Virus record (IMG/VR): IMGVR_UViG_3300017917_002814
Span: 32,001-96,000 of that record
Length of the DNA: 64,000 bases
Source: a virus
Strand: one strand, 5' to 3'
Shown: piece after piece, positions 56,724-64,000 of the stretch
Layout of the letters: each line of letters begins with the position of its first letter
Position numbering within the stretch: position 1 is the stretch's first letter
The notes under the pieces: generated by a model
Seen by the model: only the letters and a program-made list of their open reading frames with translations
Database searches by the model: none
What the model was told of the DNA's origin: nothing
Program-made: the position numbers and the translations under genes

Positions 56724-57250
56724 TTAACTATCTCATCTTTGGTATATTGAGACCAATCGGTAAAAGTTGAACGGTTCATTAGTTTATGAACACTATGACA
56801 CCACACACCTGGGTTTGAATGAGCAAAGTTTGTGTCATCTAGTTTAATTGTAGCATTATACCCTAGTTGTTGTAAATAGGGCAATTTAACCGATATCATT
56901 GGAATAAATTTATGATATTCTACAAACGGAGTTTCGAGCAATCCTTCTACTTCTTGGACGTCAATATCTAAAGTACACCAGTATCCTCGACCTATAAAAG
57001 GCATAATCATGTTTTCCCAACGAATCCAGTCTTGACTGGTTGCCCTACCTGTTGGAAAACTTTGATTAGCACCAAAATAGATATGTTCTATTCGACGATC
57101 CACTGATGTGTAAGGATCGTCAAGTATCTTTTCAATATCTTCAGTAGATTGAACACCTATTACAAATAGAGTTTTCATTCCAAATGCGGGACTATGTTCC
57201 ACTTCTGTACCTATAAACATAGCTGCATTATTATGTCCGGGTCTATCCAT
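56720..57250 (-). CDS. Conserved hypothetical protein of the deazaguanine cluster
   Basis: G.EVEHSP, HIYFGANQS, KLDD..F..SNPGVW motifs. Confidence 0.6.
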   Translation of the reverse strand: MDRPGHNNAAMFIGTEVEHSPAFGMKTLFVIGVQSTEDIEKILDDPYTSVDRRIEHIYFGANQSFPTGRATSQDWIRWENMIMPFIGRGYWCTLDIDVQEVEGLLETPFVEYHKFIPMISVKLPYLQQLGYNATIKLDDTNFAHSNPGVWCHSVHKLMNRSTFTDWSQYTKDEIVK

Positions 57251-57462
57251 TAGTTATCACCATATCCAATTCGTTGAGTATCTTCTTCCCATTGTAATTT
57301 ATGTAGTCTACTAATTTCGTCCTTTAATCGCAACTTCTTTTTTTTCAATTCAGCAAGATGTTCAACATCTACACCGGGGTGATTAGTTTGCATTTCATTT
57401 ATTTGTTTGTCAAGCAGTTTGTGCATTTCTTCTAAATGCTGTATACGACTTTTATAGCTCAT
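57250..57462 (-). CDS. DUF465/YdcH-like coiled-coil protein
   Basis: H..LD.QI...LKKKKLRLKDEI. Confidence 0.7.
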   Translation of the reverse strand: MSYKSRIQHLEEMHKLLDKQINEMQTNHPGVDVEHLAELKKKKLRLKDEISRLHKLQWEEDTQRIGYGDN

Positions 57463-59011
57463 GCGGCTCCTCCAAATGTGATTGCATAATGTTTTCAGCT
57501 TCTTCTTCTTCAGACATTTCTTCATCTGTAGAATCTTCTACGGTTTCAAAAAGAACATTAAACATGGTATTACTGTTTTTAGTTTTTTTACCTTTGAATC
57601 CTCTAGTGCCAATAATATTCATCCAATAACTATCATAGTGATCTATTATATCATTAGCAGTTTGCTGATCTGGTGCGGCAAATATGGCTTCTACTATATC
57701 TTCAAATTTGGCATGATCTCCTTGACGATTCCATAACATAGCAGGACGTTCTCCAGAATCAAATTTTCTATTGGCTCTTTGTACACTCTCAATGTGCATC
57801 CAAACATTGTGCCCCATCATTATTGCATAGCTAAAACTATCCCAACTGGTTTTACCTTCTTTACCATTTTTGTTTAGATCGCCGGGTTTATATATACAAA
57901 CATCTTTAATCAATAAATGTTGACTTATAGGACTGTCTTCAAAATTTTCGAATATGGCATCTTGCAACACTGCGTCTCTGAACAATCTAGTATCAGTGGC
58001 ATATTTCTTATCATCGGCGCTTGGAGACATTCGATAAGACCATTTACTATCGTGCGGTAAATCAATTGAATGATACATTTGCCCATTGGCTGTAGCAAGA
58101 AATGGGCTTGCACAATCAAAACTAATTGTAAAATTAGGATTCACGTATTTTCTTACGGCTCGTTGAATTACAGTAAGTAACACAGCCCATTCTAGCTTAC
58201 TGGTGCCCAAAAAGTGCATCCAGTCATGAATACCCTCCTGGAGCAAGTTATCATATTTTAACGCAATTAGTCTTTTAAGGACAAGATGAATGTCACACAT
58301 GTTTTGACCACCCATTGCCCATCCGTCAAAGTGTGTATCTGGATATTTGTTTGGATCGCAGAACTCTTTCATTTCTTGATACCATGCTTCTGCACTAGTG
58401 TGATTATCACCTTGCAGCACATTTAAAAACTTGGCGCCACCGTTGTTTTTTCCTTGACGATGCTGCATGAAATATAAGTTATTAAACTTTGTAGCATCTA
58501 CGGCTTCTTCAAGTGTAGTGATACCACAAGCCTTACTGGCTTTCTTATCGTGAATGACCCATGTTGGAATATCAAGAATCATGCCATAATCAGCAATACC
58601 ATCTAACCATTTTAACACAGCTGAACGTTTTTTTTCGGCCTTGGCACAACCTGAGTTGGCTTTCCAATCGCCTTCCCATAAGCCTTTGGCAATTTGGAAT
58701 CCTCCTGAATCACCTAACATAAAGGTTCCTGGCTCTCTTTTACGAACCATATCCTCGCTAGGATCATCTTTGGCAAGATCTAGATTCGCATGTCCTCCTG
58801 AGTAGAGGCTCCATCGGTAAGGGAATAGTCCTTGTTGACTGTTTAGCCAATTGAATTGTTCCATATCTTGTAATGCCTGTGGCATACGAGCAGGATCAAC
58901 ATAATCATTATTGACACGTTGTTTCCCTATAAAAGTTGCATAGAAGCCGGATATAGCTGGTAAGAATACTGCATAATCAGACTGTTTTGATGTTAAATTA
59001 TCTTGGGCCAT
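57452..59011 (-). CDS. dpdA: tRNA-guanine transglycosylase-like protein, probable DNA deazaguanine transglycosylase (DpdA family)
   Basis: DSGGFQ, LDIP, VLQG, AMGG, HFLG, SFDCASP TGT motifs; no CxCxxC zinc motif; clustered with folE/queD/queE. Confidence 0.75.
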   Translation of the reverse strand: MAQDNLTSKQSDYAVFLPAISGFYATFIGKQRVNNDYVDPARMPQALQDMEQFNWLNSQQGLFPYRWSLYSGGHANLDLAKDDPSEDMVRKREPGTFMLGDSGGFQIAKGLWEGDWKANSGCAKAEKKRSAVLKWLDGIADYGMILDIPTWVIHDKKASKACGITTLEEAVDATKFNNLYFMQHRQGKNNGGAKFLNVLQGDNHTSAEAWYQEMKEFCDPNKYPDTHFDGWAMGGQNMCDIHLVLKRLIALKYDNLLQEGIHDWMHFLGTSKLEWAVLLTVIQRAVRKYVNPNFTISFDCASPFLATANGQMYHSIDLPHDSKWSYRMSPSADDKKYATDTRLFRDAVLQDAIFENFEDSPISQHLLIKDVCIYKPGDLNKNGKEGKTSWDSFSYAIMMGHNVWMHIESVQRANRKFDSGERPAMLWNRQGDHAKFEDIVEAIFAAPDQQTANDIIDHYDSYWMNIIGTRGFKGKKTKNSNTMFNVLFETVEDSTDEEMSEEEEAENIMQSHLEEPHEL

Positions 59012-59035
59012 ATGTAATCTTTGATATAGCAATTA

Positions 59036-59659
59036 TTATCTTGGGTCGTTATAAAATTCAACACTGTTGATAAAGTCGTAATCTATTTTATAGCAATCAA
59101 TAATTTTTGCCTTTAAATCTGGAAATTCAATAAGTTGTTTTTTTATATACTTAGATATTTGATTGGTATCGTAGTTATTTTCGGAAATGTTGTTTTCCAC
59201 TTTTACAGTTGTATTTAGATCGAATCCTAAAAAAGAATTTATTTGTTGAACCAACTTGTTGTTATATCTAAAAAAAATAGGATTATAATTTTCAATCTGA
59301 GTTAGATATTTTACTTGATAATCAGTGTGATCATCAAAAATTATTTTATCGAATATAATCTTTCTAGTTAGATCATTGAAATCTTCTACAAAATGATCGC
59401 TTCCGTATCCATAGCTACACAAATGAAGCGTAGCATAGGTAGCAAATCCACTTATCCATCTATCAAGAGGATCTCTAATAAATGCAAAACTTGACTTTAT
59501 GGATTTGTTGTTATCTAATATATTCCAGTGCATCCAGCTATTTTCTTTTAGAATGTTAGTCAGAAACGTACTGGCATTTTTTGGAATATTGAGATAAAAA
59601 ATATCTTGGTTAGGGGAAAGCATCCCGCCACCAGGCATGTATCCTTTATCTTTTGTCAC
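59036..59659 (-). CDS. Sulfotransferase family protein
   Basis: IPKNAST 5'-PSB, RDPLDRWISG 3'-PB, Y..D end. Confidence 0.75.
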   Translation of the reverse strand: MTKDKGYMPGGGMLSPNQDIFYLNIPKNASTFLTNILKENSWMHWNILDNNKSIKSSFAFIRDPLDRWISGFATYATLHLCSYGYGSDHFVEDFNDLTRKIIFDKIIFDDHTDYQVKYLTQIENYNPIFFRYNNKLVQQINSFLGFDLNTTVKVENNISENNYDTNQISKYIKKQLIEFPDLKAKIIDCYKIDYDFINSVEFYNDPR

Positions 59660-60375
59660 TTGGTTTGGGCTGGTAAGATAAAATTATAAATGGCCAACCC
59701 AGAATCAACAGTGATTTGTGCTGCACCTTCGTCACTGAAACGAATCATTTTATCACCTGATAAACTCAAAATACTAATAACAGCGGCCAACGGCCAAGAC
59801 CAAGCTTTAGATAAAGATCCAGCAACATCATGAGCAAACACAAAATTGCCTGCATGACTACTGTGATCACCAAAGTAGAACATTAGATTATTATTTTCTG
59901 TTCGAGCAATAAAAGTGGTTTCTCCGCTGTTAGCTTGTGCTTGAAATTTTAGACGCTGAATTGCTGCAACAGATGGTTCAATTTCCACTCCCCATTTTAC
60001 ACCTTTAAACTTTACTGTTTTAAGTTGATCATTTACAATTTCTGCACTCATAAAACGATAATCATTTTTAAAATCGCCAGTGGAATTTTCAAAATGGATA
60101 CCTGTTGGTGCATCATCTTTTTTTGTTATAGTCAGTTTTGCATCATCTTTGTACTCGGGGATGTTCAAAATAGTGTTGAGCTTGCTTAGATTGGGCATGC
60201 CAAACGTGCCAATAAATTCTGGCACAGGGTTGTGAAATTGTGCTTGAACAATAACTGTGCGCTCTTCGCTAACTGCCTCAATCATAGTTGCACTTTCGTT
60301 GCCTACTATTTTTACTAGATCAATAATGCCTAAGCTGTGTGTATGTTGAACAATATCTTGCAAATAATCTTTCAT
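59656..60375 (-). CDS. DNA polymerase sliding clamp (T4 gp45-like)
   Basis: Size, position near the polymerase, FG..NL..L, NDYRF, ISDEG-like (FSDEG) and terminal Y.FILPA motifs. Confidence 0.7.
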   Translation of the reverse strand: MKDYLQDIVQHTHSLGIIDLVKIVGNESATMIEAVSEERTVIVQAQFHNPVPEFIGTFGMPNLSKLNTILNIPEYKDDAKLTITKKDDAPTGIHFENSTGDFKNDYRFMSAEIVNDQLKTVKFKGVKWGVEIEPSVAAIQRLKFQAQANSGETTFIARTENNNLMFYFGDHSSHAGNFVFAHDVAGSLSKAWSWPLAAVISILSLSGDKMIRFSDEGAAQITVDSGLAIYNFILPAQTK

Positions 60376-60398
60376 GTAGAGTCTCCAATAATTTTACA

Positions 60399-60427
60399 AT
60401 TTTACTACCGCTTACAACGCTTGTCAA
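60399..60427 (-). promoter_or_regulatory. Sigma70-type promoter TTGACA-N17-TAAAAT
   Basis: Near-consensus, upstream of GGAG and the clamp ATG. Confidence 0.7.
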
Positions 60428-61356
60428 TTGATTATATTTTTAATTTCACCTGATGTTTGCCCAGCTTTAATTGATTTCAGTACACCTTGTTTTCGTAGTT
60501 CAATTAATGAATAGGCTGGTTTAGAATTATATAGATAAACTGTTTCAAAACCTAGACTTTCTGCCAGTGGTATTAATAAACTTTCTGGCACATAAGTCAT
60601 AAAGTAATTTTCGGCATATGCGGCTGCTTCTGGTAAATCGGCATTGTTGTATGTAAAAATAATAGTGCCACCAGGACGCAACCATTCAGATGCTTGAATT
60701 AAAATTTGTTTTATGCTATCAATACTAAGATAATTAAAAAAGTTATAACTAAAAATTAAACCAAATTGATTTTTAGGTAGGTTGTGTATTTTGTAAAAAT
60801 CTCGTATTAAATATTTTCTTACTCTACCTCGATATAATGGCGGAAACTGTTCAACTGCACTTGATAAAAATTCGTCAAAAACATCGGCTATATAAAGGGG
60901 ATCACTAGCGACTAATAATTTAGTCCATTGCCCGTCTCTACAACCAATTTCAAGTGCTGGGTACTGCCAGTTACTGTATAAATTTATTCGTTGAGTTAAA
61001 ATTCTTTCAAATTCTTCATTGGTTGTTATTACTCTTGTGTTTCTAATAGAGTTTGCGTCTAAATATTTTAGTTCAAGCTGATAATTTTCTGCAAAAAATT
61101 TTGTAGCTAACGAATTTATTCTGTCTTGGATATTTGATAATTGATGACTGATTTGTTCTAAATTTTTTTCAATTATTGCGTAAATGTCTTTGTGTTGATT
61201 AGCCAATTCTATCAAGCCATTGGCTATTTCACAATCTGCCACTTCAGATAAATTTATTATTCTTAAATAATTTTTTTCAACTTCTTCCTTTAAAAGATCT
61301 GTTTCTAAAGAAAGAGATAATTGATTTTTTATTTGAACTAATTCATGTAATTTCAT
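60424..61356 (-). CDS. Class I SAM-dependent methyltransferase with N-terminal coiled coil
   Basis: LEIGCRDG motif I, LRPGG. Confidence 0.75.
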   Translation of the reverse strand: MKLHELVQIKNQLSLSLETDLLKEEVEKNYLRIINLSEVADCEIANGLIELANQHKDIYAIIEKNLEQISHQLSNIQDRINSLATKFFAENYQLELKYLDANSIRNTRVITTNEEFERILTQRINLYSNWQYPALEIGCRDGQWTKLLVASDPLYIADVFDEFLSSAVEQFPPLYRGRVRKYLIRDFYKIHNLPKNQFGLIFSYNFFNYLSIDSIKQILIQASEWLRPGGTIIFTYNNADLPEAAAYAENYFMTYVPESLLIPLAESLGFETVYLYNSKPAYSLIELRKQGVLKSIKAGQTSGEIKNIIN

Positions 61357-61380
61357 TGAAAATGTTTTATTTTAAAATAT

Positions 61381-64000
61381 TTACTCAAACGTGAACAAAG
61401 TATCAAAGGTTGTTTTGATATCAGTGTGCGATGGTATATCCCAATCAAGTACACCTAATAGATTTTCTACTTTTTGATCTACAATAGTGGCCTCCATTTC
61501 TGAATCGTCAAACGGCAGTTCCTTGAACCATGCTGGGATATGAGTTTCATCTGTGGGATATCCAACTGATGTATAGCCTAGAGGATTGTCTTTGAGTTTA
61601 CACACAATGGTTTTCATACCGTCTACAATGGCCATGCTGTAGTTATCGCCGTGCATTCTACGTAAGTTATTCCAATTCATTGCTGCACGTACATGTCCGG
61701 GCATGTTGGCTCTTCCCAATCGTTCTTCTTCTTTGCTGTACTTGGTTAGATTGTTGACACGTTTGGGTGTTCCTTTTTCCCAGGCCGGCCGATCTTGAAA
61801 CGCAAGTTTAAATTCGCGTACTCGATCATATATTTCTTCTTTTGGCGCACCAGTTAGTACTGCCTGTAATAACTCACTCAAGAAGTCCTGTACAACCTTG
61901 GGAGTATCTGACCGCTTGAGATCTAAGCCCATGGCCTTGACCTTGCCGGGCTTGCTGTGTGTGTCTAGTCTGTTGCCTTCTAGATCATAAATTAGCACAG
62001 CATAACGTTTCTTCTTTATGAATAGTCCCTTACTAGCAACAAGTTCCCGCCCTCCTCGGATGAGCGCACCCATCGATCTTGGTACATGACAAGCTCGTTC
62101 CATAAAGGCAGGAAAGCTGTCATTGACTTGATCCGCGATACTATCATATAATTGAGCACAGATTTCTTTGTTCCATTCCATGCGTCCGGATTCAACTTCT
62201 TCTCTAACTGCTGGCCAAGCTGTAAAATAGCATGAGTCAGTGTCACCGTAGATGATGGATTTGCCCACATGGTCGTACTCTCCGAATATGCACTCGTTGA
62301 TATACGCATCCATGTGTCTCGCAATGATACGTCCGGTAAGAGTAGTACTTTGACCAATCCTTTTGTCAAAAAATCTACAACCTGGGTTGAGAATTGCCCC
62401 ATAAAGACTGTTAAGATTAATCTTCTTGACCAGCTGTCTCTTATCCCAGAAAGCCTTGTCCTCATCAGTAATTGCTTCTTTTTTCTTTGCTTGCAGTTCC
62501 TTGCGTTCTGCATACCACCTCTCTAACAATCCAGGCACCACAGCCTTTTGTTCATAGCTAAAGATAGTACCATTTGCTGAAAGCATCCAAGGCTGATTAC
62601 TATCAAATATCATGCGCCATATATCAGCAGCACTCATCACATCTGATCCACCTGCTTCCCAATCAATTGTTATTTCTGTTCCAATTTCTCCATTCATCAC
62701 AGCAGTATATTCAAGACTACCAAACATGTTTTCCCAAGCATCGGCAAAACTGCTGCCTGAATTCATTTTGTCTTGAATATATCTATCAGTCATTATTGGC
62801 CGGAGTTGCCCGATAATACTCTCTTGTGCCATGTTAAGAGCGCGGATTGCTGACGGGTATAGACTGTTGATATCGATCGCTCCGATCCAGTCGTGCATGC
62901 CTCTTTTGGGGAAAGCAACATAGGCACCTGCTGCTTGTGTGTCTCCTTGATCATCTCTACCTTTCCTATTAGGTACTACCATTCCACGTTGATGTGCTTC
63001 ATTGATAATTGCTTGTTCAGTAACTGCTACTGCTCCCATTGTAGTGGGAAGTAATACTGTGTTATCGTGTGCAAGTTCATTGGCTAGATCCAAGAAACGC
63101 AACTTCTTGTCTAGCTTGGCCACAAGCATAGTATCTTGTCTGTTGTAGTCAATGAACTTGGGAAAGTCTTTGTTGTATAATTGATCTAGTGTGCCCTCGT
63201 ATTGAGTTTTGCGTTCATCCAGTTCATATTCGCCAATGGCGTCCAAACTGTAACTGTGACGTTCTTCATACGTGTATTTGCGATACAGTTGCATATAGTC
63301 CATATGCACACGACCAATTAGATCAAAGGTGAGATTTTCTGCACCAAATCGTTCAAATGTTCTTTGTTTGGGCAATTGGCCCCATAGACAAAATCTACGA
63401 GTGTCGTCTTTGTTTAAAACCTTGGTGGTTCGCATGACCATGTAAGGAATATCAAATCCTTCTGAGTTCCATCCGCTTAGTATATCTGCATCATCAATGA
63501 TGTCTAGGAAAGTGTTTAGCAGATCTTCTTCGCGTTCAAACAAAAAACAGTTATCATAACGATTACAAATTTCTTGTGCTGTTGCCCACGAATAACTTTT
63601 AGGTGGCACAACTAGTGTTACTAACTTGTCCATCCAATCTAGATATACGCTTATTGCCGTAATTGGATTAAACGGATCTTCGGGCTTGCTGAAACCTCGT
63701 TCCGGGTCAAAATCAACCTCAATGTCGAAAAACGCAGTATGTAACTTGGGAGATGTAGCCCCCAAGTAGTGTTCTTCAAGACAACGGAATACTGGATTAA
63801 TATCTGATTCCCAAAGACGCTTGTTGCTGTTAATACGAAGCTCTTTTTGAAATTCCTTATTCGACCTGGATGAAAACCTACTAACTGGAGTACCGTAAAC
63901 AGTACGAAATTTACCACGCGGGTCGTCGTAGTAGAACATGTAGTTTGCAGGATATTCTTTGTATACTCTCTCTCCTCCGATACGTTCCACAACATGGATG
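61381..64000 (-). CDS. Family B DNA polymerase (T4 gp43-like), 5' end outside window
   Basis: FDIE exonuclease I, DINSLYPS, K...NSLYG, YGDTDS, KKRY; frame stays open to window edge. Confidence 0.97.
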   Translation of the reverse strand, partial: IHVVERIGGERVYKEYPANYMFYYDDPRGKFRTVYGTPVSRFSSRSNKEFQKELRINSNKRLWESDINPVFRCLEEHYLGATSPKLHTAFFDIEVDFDPERGFSKPEDPFNPITAISVYLDWMDKLVTLVVPPKSYSWATAQEICNRYDNCFLFEREEDLLNTFLDIIDDADILSGWNSEGFDIPYMVMRTTKVLNKDDTRRFCLWGQLPKQRTFERFGAENLTFDLIGRVHMDYMQLYRKYTYEERHSYSLDAIGEYELDERKTQYEGTLDQLYNKDFPKFIDYNRQDTMLVAKLDKKLRFLDLANELAHDNTVLLPTTMGAVAVTEQAIINEAHQRGMVVPNRKGRDDQGDTQAAGAYVAFPKRGMHDWIGAIDINSLYPSAIRALNMAQESIIGQLRPIMTDRYIQDKMNSGSSFADAWENMFGSLEYTAVMNGEIGTEITIDWEAGGSDVMSAADIWRMIFDSNQPWMLSANGTIFSYEQKAVVPGLLERWYAERKELQAKKKEAITDEDKAFWDKRQLVKKINLNSLYGAILNPGCRFFDKRIGQSTTLTGRIIARHMDAYINECIFGEYDHVGKSIIYGDTDSCYFTAWPAVREEVESGRMEWNKEICAQLYDSIADQVNDSFPAFMERACHVPRSMGALIRGGRELVASKGLFIKKKRYAVLIYDLEGNRLDTHSKPGKVKAMGLDLKRSDTPKVVQDFLSELLQAVLTGAPKEEIYDRVREFKLAFQDRPAWEKGTPKRVNNLTKYSKEEERLGRANMPGHVRAAMNWNNLRRMHGDNYSMAIVDGMKTIVCKLKDNPLGYTSVGYPTDETHIPAWFKELPFDDSEMEATIVDQKVENLLGVLDWDIPSHTDIKTTFDTLFTFE

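Noticed and set aside
57452-59011. Ordinary tRNA-modifying Tgt for queuosine
   Set aside because: Much longer, lacks the zinc motif, no queA/queF/queC nearby, and lies among DNA replication genes; not fully excluded
1848-63995. Many short antisense or alternate-frame ORFs in the track
   Set aside because: Fully nested in longer motif-bearing genes, with no SD or recognisable motifs
1-64000. CRISPR array, tRNA, rRNA, integrase or transposase
   Set aside because: Intergenic gaps are short and none showed these patterns by eye
1-64000. Stop-codon reassignment as in some jumbo phages
   Set aside because: Conserved genes are full length in the standard code, and TAA, TGA and TAG all end genes
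61381-64000. Intein or intron in DNA polymerase
   Set aside because: Motifs are contiguous and length is normal; same for thyA

Overview
AT-rich, densely coding segment of a large T4-like (myovirus-type, probably jumbo) bacteriophage genome, with two convergent arms meeting near 30.97 kb. The + arm (1-31 kb) has baseplate/tail-fibre genes followed directly by a ~25 kb block of modification enzymes: GT-A and GT-B-like glycosyltransferases, nucleotide-sugar enzymes, five radical SAM proteins with an N-terminal auxiliary Cys cluster, SGNH proteins, a NodU-type carbamoyltransferase, an APS-kinase-like protein and a nucleotidyltransferase. The - arm (64-31 kb) has a family B DNA polymerase, a sliding clamp, a 7-deazaguanine DNA-modification pathway (TGT/DpdA-like, DpdL-like, folE, queD, queE, no queC in the window) interleaved with sugar enzymes, an RNase H-type 5'-3' exonuclease, a promoter-dense island of small early genes, a MoxR AAA/vWA pair, folA and thyA. 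Best leads: (1) a probable virion glycan-decoration system, supported by strong [AGS]-N-[aliphatic] and N-x-S/T bias in the adjacent structural proteins; (2) a structured, preQ1-riboswitch-like leader that sequesters the queD Shine-Dalgarno; (3) a QueC-less deazaguanine pathway with an embedded PRTase and glycosyltransferase; (4) a short GSDWP module shared by unrelated enzymes. All calls come from motifs read by eye and counts are by hand. No database searches were run.
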